Source: Anthoceros angustus
Taxonomy: Eukaryota; Plantae; Anthocerotophyta
Direction: 5' to 3'
Assembly (NCBI GenBank): GCA_010909165.1
Contig: MU008166.1
Location: 372,001 to 436,000, forward strand
DNA: 64,000 nucleotides
Shown in pieces: positions 50,131 to 61,276 of the stretch. Positions within the stretch are counted from its first letter, which is position 1. Every line of letters begins with the position of its first letter. A program made the translations under genes and the position numbers. Below the pieces are notes generated by a model. That model had not been told where the DNA came from and ran no database searches. It saw only the letters and a list, made by a program, of their open reading frames with translations.

Positions 50131-51528
50131 CTACTTCAAAGCTGCACAATCAGCTGGTGCAAACCCGATTCTCTGCCTGCCGATGTCCAAAACCGTGATA
50201 GAATTCTGTTGCATGCGGTGGCCAATAATGCTCAGTCGCATTCCTAGAAAACGGGCATCAACAATCGTGAGGCACTTCACCCCTCGTCCCATATTGACGA
50301 AGAGGCTTGAGACCGGCGGTGAAAGCACGGCCCCTTTCTCAAACACAATCGTAAACTGAGGCAAGTCCCGCAACTCCTTCAAGGGACCAGCAGCCTTGAA
50401 GCAGAGCTCGAGTTCAGGCATTCCGTTCGGAAGAAAAACAGTAGGGTAGGCGATGGCTTCACTGAAGGCGCGGATCACCGCAAGGTAAGCCTGGTGCACC
50501 AGGTACGTAAACGTGGTGCCGGTGTCTAAGATCACCCCGCCCGAGCCGTCCGTGTAGTTGAATCCGAACACGTCGGGGCTCAGGGGCACCACGCTGTCGC
50601 CCACCATCACCTTCACGATCCTCACGTAGTAGGGCGCCCTGGACATCCTTGGGTTGTCCACCATCGGGGTGTAGCGGAGCCCGGCCACGCCTGCCTTCCC
50701 CGCCACTAGGCTGTCGCTCTGCTCCCCGAACACGAGGAAAGATGGTGTTCTGGGCGCGTTGAGTTCCGGCTTCTGCAGACAGTAGGAGAACTTGGTGGCT
50801 CCGATTTGCTTCGGGAAGGAAAGCGGGGCCTGCCCGAGACCCAGGATGCCGTCCGCCGGAAATCCTTTCAGGCTGGTATGCCCGCACCCGAAGGCGACTC
50901 CGGGGATCGATATCAGAGCCTCGTCCGCTCGCCCAGAGACGCCGGCGGATTTCAGGGTCACCGTCTCCGTGGCGATCGGGCCGCTGGTGGTAGTATTGTC
51001 GAGGTAGGTCATGTTGTAGATGCAAGCATCCCGATTAGCGGAACAACGCCGGGGCATGTCACAAGGATGTTGAGCCCGAGAACACACCTCTGCGTCGCAG
51101 GCAACGTTGGCATACGAGGAGGACTGTTCGGGGTCGAAGGTGGGCTTCTTCTGCCGGTACCAGCCGCCGCGCGGCCTGGGCCGACAGTGCGTCCACGTCA
51201 GGCTGCTGCCCGTGTCCATGTACAGAGACAGCTTCCTAGATGGGGTGCCCATGTGCACGTGAACCACGTAAACGTCTGCTGTACTGGGTACGATAATCTC
51301 TGCCTGCAAGTTCTCCATCGGCTCAAGCTTCGGCCTGACCTGTATCGACGATATCCTAGATTCGGAGGATGAGAGCTGTCGCAGATGATAGTTGGGACCG
51401 TCTCTGTGCTGCATTTGTGGCCCTTTGAAACCTGCCCATGATGTGCCCGCCCGTATTCCCACGACCAACAAGATTGCCAGGATTGGGAGCCAGTTCCTGC
51501 CTAGCTCTTCTTCCTCTGACTCTGCCAT
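50131..51528 (-). CDS. A1 aspartic protease (nepenthesin/CDR1-like), intronless
   Basis: Signal peptide; catalytic MDTGSSLTW and ILDTGTT; FGCG, GILGLG, FSYCL, QQN...RIGFAPADC. Confidence 0.95.
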   Translation of the reverse strand: MAESEEEELGRNWLPILAILLVVGIRAGTSWAGFKGPQMQHRDGPNYHLRQLSSSESRISSIQVRPKLEPMENLQAEIIVPSTADVYVVHVHMGTPSRKLSLYMDTGSSLTWTHCRPRPRGGWYRQKKPTFDPEQSSSYANVACDAEVCSRAQHPCDMPRRCSANRDACIYNMTYLDNTTTSGPIATETVTLKSAGVSGRADEALISIPGVAFGCGHTSLKGFPADGILGLGQAPLSFPKQIGATKFSYCLQKPELNAPRTPSFLVFGEQSDSLVAGKAGVAGLRYTPMVDNPRMSRAPYYVRIVKVMVGDSVVPLSPDVFGFNYTDGSGGVILDTGTTFTYLVHQAYLAVIRAFSEAIAYPTVFLPNGMPELELCFKAAGPLKELRDLPQFTIVFEKGAVLSPPVSSLFVNMGRGVKCLTIVDARFLGMRLSIIGHRMQQNSITVLDIGRQRIGFAPADCAALK

Positions 51529-51920
51529 CACACTACTTTAATAGATATCTATCCGAGAGGCCCTAAATGCTGTGCTCCTTGGTCTTTTAAAGCTGCATGG
51601 ATCTCTATCCGGGAGGCCCTCAATGCTGTGCTCCTTGGTCTTCCAAATCTGCCCAGTAGTACGTACGTAGTTGATGGGTATATATATAGGTTGTAGATGC
51701 CCTAAGATGTTTCTTGCTTCATAAAGTATCATCTAAAACTGTCCGTTGCTGAATAGGTAAGTGCCAAATAAGTTGTTGCCGAGGGCAGCAAGTTGTTCGA
51801 ATGCTCATCTGTAGGTATCAGCCACGATGTCTACGAGTACAAGCCTGGCGTGTGATATGTTAGCTCTCGCCATTCGGCAGCTAGCTGAAGGAAATGTTCC
51901 CAGTTGCAGACTACCTTACG

Positions 51921-53533
51921 TCAGTCTGAAGTCAAGTGGTTTGTAGCTTCAAGTGGTTTGCAATTATTTCCTCCCCAGTAGAGCTTCCAGCTATCTAGGC
52001 ATCCTGGTCTTTCATATGCGGAGCGCAACTGTAACCTCCATTTCTCATACAGGCTCGGCCTGCAAATACAGATGGCCGTAAGATAGAAGAGGACATTGTC
52101 AGTTCGCAATTGCTAGGTGATAGAAATGTTGCAATGACAGCGCCGTTCAGCACCACCCACCTCTCGATTCGAAGAAGAGTTCGACGAGTGAGCATGATGA
52201 TCGTGCAAATCGGCACGACGGCCGCAAACAGGTGTTTAAAAGTGTGGCCGCTCACTGTGAGCCCCGTCCACTTGTACACGTTCTTGTCAAATGATTCACA
52301 AAACTTGGCCAGCGCATACCATCCTGGAGGACCGGGAACAAACACACACTGTTTTACATGCTAAAACAGCACCTACATGTCGGTCAGATATTTCCAAGTA
52401 AAGTCAAGAGGGAGAGCTTGAGGACAGTTGAAACAGCATACCTGCAGCATGTAACCAGTACGCAGAATGAGTGTATCTGGAAGTCAGTATGATCGCCATT
52501 GCTGGAATAGCAACACAGGTACCGAACTGCACTATCGCATACAGTCTCAAATCATCTGCAACCCTGTAAACCAAATGAGAAACGTTGAACACGCCTGCTA
52601 GGCTCTGTAGGACATATGCTTCACTGAGCTTTAAACATCAATGGTTCCTACCGCCAATAAACCACACTGACCACTCCTGCTGCCAGTTGCACGAGCAGGA
52701 AAAGACGAGCGCTTCCTGGCCGCTGGTCTCCCCTTTCAATGATGAAGACAGCCATCAAAGAGGAAAATGTAAGCACCATCTGCCAATCCGTCTACAGCTG
52801 TCAGCCACCAGGAAGCACATTATTATGGCCACTGGGATTAAAATCAAAGGAAATCAGACAACCAATACCGGGCTCAGGTCCACGTCCAACTCACAGGGAG
52901 ACGGTCCCAAACAAGACGGGCATCATTTGGATTGAGATGGTAGTAAGACGAGCCAAATGCTGTGGCAAAGATTCCGAAGAAGAAGCACATCCATCCCAAA
53001 AACTCTCCACGCAACCTGCCAGACATCTGTTTCTCAATCACATAATTCCACAGCATGTCAAATCAGAGCTAAGCTATCCCTGAATCCAACTCCTTATCTT
53101 ACGTGAGGCCAAAGTCGTCAAGCACGCAAAACGCCATGCCAACGATGCCAATGAATAAGAAGGGGAGGTTGGACACGACGTTGAGTGTGTTCGGTATACC
53201 TGCATACAGCTTCCCGCAATTGAAGTGCCAGAAAATCCGCAAGACAAATTCCATTGCTCGACAGGCATCTGATAATGAATTCAAGGAGAAAACACTACAT
53301 CCCCGTCCCACCGGTTCTCACTACCAACAACGCTTCAGTAGAGCAAAAGTACGGTGAAGCTGGGAGCACGAGACCAGCGAACGAGAACGAGACGGGTGCG
53401 CACCGAAGAAGTTGCGGCGGTCCGCAAACATGTGGTAAGTCTGGTTCTGCTTCATCCGGGGAGTGATGAGCATGAGGACTATGAACAGCAGCACTGCGAT
53501 CCCCGCCACCATCCATCGCTCACGTCCTAGCAT
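51921..53533 (-). CDS. Alkaline phytoceramidase-like (CREST superfamily) membrane protein, ~7 exons
   Basis: YHMFADRRNFFG|IPNTLNVVSNLPF, GSSYYHLNPNDARLVWDRLP, DDLRLYAIVQF, YALAK and SGHTFKHL, separated by short GT-AG introns. Confidence 0.88.
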
Positions 53534-53699
53534 CCTGTGTCTCCCTCACGCGCAGCCTCCGCCGCTCACGATCAGAGCGGGAGGTGCAGCTGAAGCTACG
53601 ATGCCACTCTCGTCCGCTCTGTCCGCCAAATGGCCGAATGAGACTTGCCTTAGGCCAGGAAGTTAACTCACTTCCTTCTAAACAGAACGTTGGAATGAA

Positions 53700-56600
53700 G
53701 GGACACCCGTTTTGCCGCCAACTGTTTATGACTTTCATACTGGGTGAGTGTGCAGTGTAGCATCTCATCCCAAAAAAGGGCAGGATATTTGGACAAAAAC
53801 TGGACAGAAGTTCTAATGCATACAGAGTAATGGTATGTATGCTGTTCTGTGGGGCTAAGAAATATCTTGTGCTGGGTAGCAGTGTTCATGGTCTAATCTC
53901 GCAGAATTGGTATGTGTTTATGGCAGCCCTGCAGGCTTGTGCAAGGGGAGCAGACTTGAAGACTGGGCTGCAGGTGCATGCTGGTGTGCTGGCCAGCGGG
54001 CCTGAGCCTGATGTGTTTCTATGTAGTTGCTTGGTGGACATGTATGCAAAGTGTAGCAGCCTGGAAGATGCTCAAAGATTGTCTGAACTGCTTCACAGTG
54101 CTATGGAAGGGGAAGGTGTCATAGTTCCTTTTTCTGTGACATTTGTGTGCGTTCTGTAGGCATGTTCAAGTGTGGGTATCGCAGCTTGGGAGAAGGTGAA
54201 GCGGCTACATAGACGCATCGAAGAAGGAGAACTTCAGGGTGATGTTGTCGTAGGTTGCAGCCTGGTAAACATGTAGGCAAACTGTGGCAGTCTGGAGGAC
54301 GCCCGGAGCGTGTTTGACTGGCTCCCTCAGAAAAATCTGGTGACGTGGACTGCTCCGATTGCAGGATATGTTCAGCAGGGCATGGGTCAGCAAGCCCTTC
54401 ATCTTTTTAGTGGTATGCAAGAAGGAGGCATGGCTGCACCCAATTCTGTGACATTTGTGTGTCTCCAGCGGGCATGTGCCACGGTGGGCAGCCCCGCTCT
54501 GGAGAAGGGACAGCAGATTCATGTACAGATTGGAGAACAAGGACTTGGAGGTGATGTGATTGTTGGCAACAATTTGATAAACATGTATGCAAAGTGTGGC
54601 AGCCCAGAGGATGCTCACAATGTACTTGAAAAACTCTGCAAAAAGGATGTGGTGCCATGGACCGCACTCATTGCAGGCTATTTTCAGAGGGCATGGGTAA
54701 GGAGGCCCTTCATCTTTACAGGGCTATGCAAGAAGAGGGCATTGCAGTGCCTCATTCTGTGACATTTTTGTGCCTCCTGCAGCCGTGTGCAAGTGTGAGC
54801 ATCCCGCTCTGGAGAAGGGACAGCAGATTCATGTACAGATTGGAGAACAAGGACTTGAGGTGATGTGATTGTTGGCAACAATTTGATAAACATGTATGCA
54901 AAGTGTGGCAGCCCAGAGGATGCTCACAATGTACTTGAAAACTCTGCAAAAGGATGTGGTGCCATGGACCGCACTCATTGCAGGCTATTTTCAGAGGGCA
55001 TGGGTAAGGAGGCCCTTCATCTTTACAGGGCTATGCAAGAAGAGGCATTGCAGTGCCTCATTCTGTGACATTTTGTGCCTCCTGCAGCCGTGTGCAAGTG
55101 TGAGCATCCCGCTCTGGAGACAGGAGAACACCTTCATAGACAGATCGAAGAGCAATGACTTCATGCTGATGTTGTTGTTGGTTGCAACCTCGTAAACATG
55201 TTCGCAAAATGTGGAGGCCTAGAGAATGCTCAGAGCTTGTTTGATAACCGTCCTCAAAAATTGTGGTGACGTGGACTACTGCTCTGATCCCAGGATATTC
55301 CTGCAAGGCTTGGGCCTGGAAGCCCATCGTCCATACAATGCTATGCAAACAGAGGGCTACTCTGCGCACACTGTGACATTTGTGCGCCTCTTGCAAGCCT
55401 GTGCTAGTGTGGGTGCTTCGACTTTGGACAAGGGAGGCAGTTTCACGCACAGATTGAAGCACAAGGACTTCATGGTGATGCATGTAGCCAACAGTTTGAT
55501 AAACATGTATGCCAAGTGTGGCAGCCCAGAGGATGCTCACAATGTACTTGAAAAACTCTGCAAAAAGGATGTGGTGCCATGGACCGCACTCATTGCAGGC
55601 TATTTTCAGAGGGCATGGGTAAGGAGGCCCTTCATCTTTACAGGGCTATGCAAGAAGAGGGCATTGCAGTGCCTCATTCTGTGACATTTTTGTGCCTCCT
55701 GCAGCCGTGTGCAAGTGTGAGCATCCCCGCTCTGGAGACAGGAGAACACCTTCATAGACAGATCGAAGAGCAATGACTTCATGCTGATGTTGTTGTTGGT
55801 TGCAACCTCGTAAACATGTTCGCAAAATGTGGAGGCCTAGAGAATGCTCAGAGCTTGTTTGATAACCGTCCTCAAAAATTGTGGTGACGTGGACTACTGC
55901 TCTGATCCCAGGATATTCCCTGCAAGGCTTGGGCCTGGAAGCCCATCGTCCATACAATGCTATGCAAACAGAGGGCTACTCTGCGCACACTGTGACATTT
56001 GTGCGCCTCTTGCAAGCCTGTGCTAGTGTGGGTGCTTCGACTTTGGACAAGGGGAGGCAGTTTCACGCACAGATTGAAGCACAAGGACTTCATGGTGATG
56101 CATGTGTAGCCAACAGTTTGATAAACATGTATGCCAAGTGTGGCAGCCTAGAGGATGCACAGTGCGTGTTTGAGGGACTTGGGTCCAAAAGATGTGGTGA
56201 CGTGGAATGCCATGATAGCAAGGCATTTCCCAGCAGGGCATGGGACATAAAGCCCTTCGTCTTTACAGTACTATGCTAGAACAGGGCATTGTTTCACCTG
56301 ATTTTGTATTTGTGTGCCTCCTGCGAGCATTTGCAAGTGTGGGTACCCTGGGTTGGAGGATGGGAAGCAGCTTCATGTGGAAATTGGACTTGAGAATGAT
56401 GTTGTATGTTGTAGCCTAGTGAACATGTATGCAAATTGTGGCAACCCACCGGATGCCCAGATTGTGATTGATGGACTCGGTCCAAAAGATGTGGTGACAT
56501 GGAACGCCTTGATAACAGGATATTCCAAGCAGGGAATGGAACAGGAAGCCCTTCAGCTATCCAGTTCCATGAAGGACGAAGGCATCAATGCACACAATTT

Positions 56601-56800
56601 TTTTACATGTGTGTTCACTTTGCAGGCATGTGCAACTGTGGGAGTCCCAGCTTTGGAGAAGGGGAAGGAGGAAGGACCTTCCAGCGCAGCTTGAGGAAGG
56701 ACCTTCGTTAGCAAATTAAAGAACAAGGACATCAAGAGTGTTTGTCGCCAGCAGTTTGGTGAGTATGTATGCAAAGAGTGTGGCGGCTTAGGGGAGTGTT
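53700..56800 (+). pseudogene. PLS-PPR pseudogene, or a mis-assembled gene, with internal duplications
   Basis: Repeated MYAKCGS.EDA, VVxWTALIAGY and VTFVCLLQAC motifs in shifting frames with stops. Duplicated blocks at ~54545/54840 and ~54890-55500/55500-56130. Confidence 0.8.
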
Positions 56801-56935
56801 GGCGGACTTGGTCCGCCGAGGTGATCATAGCATTTTTCAATCACTACCCAAGCAAACAAAGGGTGGTGTAATGGAGAAATGAACTATGAAGGACTCCAGC
56901 TCGACGACTGCGACTGACTTCAACGAACCCACCCG

Positions 56936-59446
56936 ATGCTGCAACCAATGGTTAACCTTTCATGCAGTTCGGCAGTACATGTGCATTTGCAAGAAGCCCA
57001 GCCCCTCCAAGAGAGTGTCTGGCTGGGGAGGGATCTTTCAGCAAGGGTCGTAGCTGTCCCACCGAAGGGCAGGCGAGGGTGGTTCCAGTCCCTGGAGGTA
57101 AAGTCTAAAAATGTCTTGCCTTCTGCTCTGCCCATATCCAAGCGGGGCTGGCCGGGCTGCCCTTGCAGGCCTGTAGGATACGAATTCACGACCGTGACGG
57201 CTGAAAGCGTGAGTGAGCTATGTCAGCAGGGGCATCTCGCTGAGGCTGTTGAGGCGTTGGGAGTTTTGGTGCAGACAGACTGTTGCATTTCCATCACTTT
57301 GATCTATTCGGTCTTGAAGAAATGTGTGGCCACGAGGGATATCGTTCTGGGCCGCCGTGTCCATGCTTTCACTGTGAAATGCGGGTACCAGTCGGGCACG
57401 TTCCTATGCAACCACATTCTGCGGATGTATGCCTCTCATGGCAAGTTGCAAGACGCGATGGACGTCTTCACGCTGGTTGGCAAACCAGATGCCTTCATGT
57501 GGTCTTCCATAATATCTGCCCATGTAGAACGTGGACAGTACAAGGAAGCCATACAGTTGTATCATCGGATGCGACGATCAGGTGTGAGGGCCGATGGCCA
57601 TGTGTTTGTGGCAGCCCTTAAAGCGTGTGCCAGAGGATCAGACCTGGAAACTGGGCAGGAGCTGCATGCTCATGTGTTGGCCAGTGGCGTTGAGCCTGAT
57701 TTATTTGTTTGTAGTTGCTTGGTGGACATGTATGCAAAGTGTGGCAGCTTGGAAGAGGCTCACAGGGTCTTTGAGGGACTTGGTAGAAAAGATGTTGTGA
57801 CGTGGAATGCAATGATAGCAGGTTATTCCCAGCAGGGCATGGGGCTGGAAGCCCTTCGTCTCTACACTGCTATGCAGGAAGAAGGCAATGCTATACCCGA
57901 TTCCGTCACTTTTGTGTGCCTCCTGCAGGCATGTGCGAGTCTGGGGAACCCAGCCCTGGACACGGGAAAGCAACTTCATGCTCAAATCAGGGTCCAGGGG
58001 CATCAGGCTGATGTGTTCGTGGCCAGCAGTTTGGTGAGCATGTACGCAAAGTGTGGCAGCCTGGACGATGCCAAGACAGTGTTTAACGAAATTCGTCATA
58101 AGACTGTGGTCACGTGGAATGCCATGATAGCAGGGTGTTCCCAGCAGGGCATGGGGCAGGAAGCCCTTCATCTCTACAAGCTTATGCAGGAAGAAGACAT
58201 GGTTACACCGGATTCCGTGACATTTGTGTGCCTCCTGCAGGCCTGTGCAACTGTAGGACCCCCAGCTCTCGAGCAGGGAATGCAGCTTCATTTGCAAATT
58301 AAAGGAGGAGGCCATGAAGCTGATGTCTCTGTGGCCAACAGTCTGGTAAACATGTATGCAAAGTGTAGCAGCCTAGAGATCGCACAGGGAATGTTTGACA
58401 GACTCTGCCAAAAAGATGTGGTGACATGGAATGCCATGATAGCTGGGTACTCCCAGAATGGCATGAGCCAGGAAGCGCTTTATCTCTACCATGCTATGCA
58501 ACACGATGGTGTGGCTGTACCAAACTCTATAACATATGTGTGCCTCCTGCAGGCATGTGCACATGTGGCAGCTTTGCATCTGGGCATGCAGCTACATACT
58601 GAGATTGAAGGACAAGGGCTTGATGCTGATATTTGTGTAGCCGGCAGCTTGATACACATGTACGGGAAGTGTGGGAGCGTGGTTGATGCACAGCAAGTGT
58701 TTGATGCTTTGCCCAAGAAAGACATTGTCGTCTGGAGTGCACTGATTGCAGGCTATGTATATCAAGGAGATAGTAGAGTGGTCTTCGAATTGGTCCAGAG
58801 AATGAGACAGGATGGTGTACAGCCAGTCGGCATCACGTTCCTTAGCATACTAACAGCATGCAGTCATGCAGGTCTCGTGGACAGGGGGAGGGAGGTCTTT
58901 CAGGCTATGAGCAGACAATATGGAATCGTCCCCACGGTGGAGCACTACACGTGCATGGTGGATCTCCTGGGCCGTGCTGGCCGACTGGATGAAGCACTAT
59001 CTGTCGTGAGCACAATGCCTGTACTGCCTGATGCTGCTGTTTGGTACACCCTTTTAGCTGCTTGTGGAAAGTGGAGCAACGTGGAGATGGGACAACATGC
59101 TTTCGACCAAGCAGTGAAGCTAGACAAAACTGATGCCACAGCGTATGTGTTGATGTCAAACATATACACCAGTGCACAGATGTTTGAGCAGGCGCAGGAG
59201 ATGCAATCGAGGAGAATGCGAATCAAGGCATGGAAGCAGCCAGGTCAAAGCTGGTGGACAGACATGGATGGAGTGGTGCATAGTTTTCTGGTTGGGGGTA
59301 AGATGCATCCAACTTCGCCCATTGGAAAACTTGCAAGAAGTAATTCCTCAGGAGATGATCATGTGCAGTTGGATAAAGAGGAAAGCTGGACACTCGCTCA
59401 GCATGGATATGATGAACTTTGTCGAAACGATGTGGTGCATGTGTGA
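56936..59446 (+). CDS. PLS-class PPR protein with E1/E2 and a WW-type PG box; deaminase core absent
   Basis: 836-aa single ORF with a transit-like N-terminus and P-L-S triplets. HYTCMVDLLGRAG, AYVLMSNIY and KQPGQSWWTDMDGVVHSF are present. No HxE or CxxC follows. Confidence 0.93.
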   Translation: MLQPMVNLSCSSAVHVHLQEAQPLQESVWLGRDLSARVVAVPPKGRRGWFQSLEVKSKNVLPSALPISKRGWPGCPCRPVGYEFTTVTAESVSELCQQGHLAEAVEALGVLVQTDCCISITLIYSVLKKCVATRDIVLGRRVHAFTVKCGYQSGTFLCNHILRMYASHGKLQDAMDVFTLVGKPDAFMWSSIISAHVERGQYKEAIQLYHRMRRSGVRADGHVFVAALKACARGSDLETGQELHAHVLASGVEPDLFVCSCLVDMYAKCGSLEEAHRVFEGLGRKDVVTWNAMIAGYSQQGMGLEALRLYTAMQEEGNAIPDSVTFVCLLQACASLGNPALDTGKQLHAQIRVQGHQADVFVASSLVSMYAKCGSLDDAKTVFNEIRHKTVVTWNAMIAGCSQQGMGQEALHLYKLMQEEDMVTPDSVTFVCLLQACATVGPPALEQGMQLHLQIKGGGHEADVSVANSLVNMYAKCSSLEIAQGMFDRLCQKDVVTWNAMIAGYSQNGMSQEALYLYHAMQHDGVAVPNSITYVCLLQACAHVAALHLGMQLHTEIEGQGLDADICVAGSLIHMYGKCGSVVDAQQVFDALPKKDIVVWSALIAGYVYQGDSRVVFELVQRMRQDGVQPVGITFLSILTACSHAGLVDRGREVFQAMSRQYGIVPTVEHYTCMVDLLGRAGRLDEALSVVSTMPVLPDAAVWYTLLAACGKWSNVEMGQHAFDQAVKLDKTDATAYVLMSNIYTSAQMFEQAQEMQSRRMRIKAWKQPGQSWWTDMDGVVHSFLVGGKMHPTSPIGKLARSNSSGDDHVQLDKEESWTLAQHGYDELCRNDVVHV

Positions 59447-59449
59447 CTT

Positions 59450-60880
59450 CTCGAATTGTTGGCTATTCTCAGCAGAACACGGGGCTCGGAGCCGTTCGTC
59501 TATACAGTGCTATGCAAGACGGAGGTATGACTCACTCTGATCCCATGACATCTGTGTGCCTCCTGCAACAGTGTGCAAGAGTGGGCACCCCAGCTTTGGA
59601 GGAGGGGATGCAGCTTCACACCCAAATCAGAGATCCAGGACATGAGGCTGACGTTTTTGCAGTGAACAGTTTGGTGAACATGTATGCAAAGAGTTTAGAG
59701 GATGCACAGACTGTCTTTGATGGACTTGGCCACAAGGGTGTGGTGACCAATTTGGCGGCCATAGGGCTTGATGCTGATGAGTATGTAGCCAACAGTCTGA
59801 TAACCATGTACGCAAAGGGTGGCAGCTTCAAGTATGCCCAGAGAGTGTTGATGGGCTAGTTCATAAAGAGCTATGCAAGAACAAGGCCCGTCCTCCACCT
59901 GCAGTCTTTCTCCCTGCCTTTTCAGAACAAGGAGCAGAAAAGAAAGCGTATTTGATTTTTTGGGCTCTCTCAGGCAGAGACGAAATCGAAAAAAAAGGGG
60001 CCAAGATGGAGAGTGCATCGTGCTCTACATATGCGGAGCAAACACGTTTGCCTTTGTGGTCTTACGATTCGGTAACATTTGTGTGCTTCAACAGGCATGT
60101 GCAAGTGTTGCATCGTTCCAGGTGGGATGGCGGCTTCATGTACAAATTGAGCAACAAGTGCTTTTAGTTGATGTGACTGTAGGCAACTCCTTGGTAAACA
60201 TGTATTCAAAGTCAGGGAGCATGGTTGATGCACAGCAGGTATTTGATTCATTGCCGTTTAAGGACATACTCGCCTGGACTGCGCTGGTTGCAGGATACAC
60301 CTGCCAAGGAGGCTATGAAGTGGTCTTCGACAGGGATGAAAGAGGATGGAATACAGCCAGATGCCATCACGGGCCTGAATGTGCTAACTGTTTGCAGTCA
60401 TGCTGGGCTAGTGAGCGATGGGCGAGAATATTTTGAGGCTTGCAGGGCCGTCTGATGGGCAGCCAATGAACAGACTACTGCATAAGTCCGACTGCGGAAC
60501 ACTACTCATGCATGGTGCATCTCCTGGGTCGCGCGGGACAACTTGACGAGGCACTATTGGTGGCCAGGACAATGCCTTCACACTCTTCTCTTGTGATCTG
60601 GCATACTCTCTTGGGTGCTTGTCAAAAGTGGAGTAACGTGGAGGTGGGACTTCAAGCTTTTATGAAGCTCTCAAGCTAGACGAACAAGATGCTGCCGCAT
60701 ATGTGATGTCAAACATCTATTCTGGTGCTCAGATGTGGGACAAGGCAGAGGAGATGCATCTGAGGAGGAAAGGAATTGGTGCAAAGAAGTATTCAGGCCA
60801 GAGTTGGTGGACAGACATATCACGGGAATGGTTCATAGTTTTGTAGCTGGGGATAAAAGATGTCCTAAGAGTAAATAACT
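59450..60880 (+). pseudogene. WW-type PLS-PPR pseudogene
   Basis: Broken PPR motifs, HYSCMVHLLGRAG and GQSWWTDI...MVHSFVAGD, with frameshifts and stops. Confidence 0.85.
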
Positions 60881-61276
60881 AAATGCTAGGTTTGGAGGGC
60901 TTTATCCAAAAATGAAGAACCATGGACCTGTGCATTCAAATTTGTCATCCCGCTGATGAGGAGCTCTCTGGCTGGTGAAACACGGATGACTGAGTTTATG
61001 CAGTCAGCCATGTTCGTTTCACCAGCCATGCAGAAGCTTTGAAACAGCTAACCTCCTCTCTGAGACTAACGTACAAACCATCTCCGTTTCTTACAAATGA
61101 TTCTCAAGATTTCTGATGGCAGTGCTTACCTGACCAAATCAGCTTCACCAAGCATTTGAGAAATTTAGAAGTAGCTTTCCTCTCTCCCTGAGACTAAAAC
61201 CCTTAATGCCTCCATGCCCAGTGCTCCGAATGAGATGTCACACTTTCTACATACGACCATCTTGACCTCACTTTCT

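Noticed and set aside
51547-51645. ~40-bp direct repeat upstream of the protease
   Set aside because: A small local duplication with no evidence of function.
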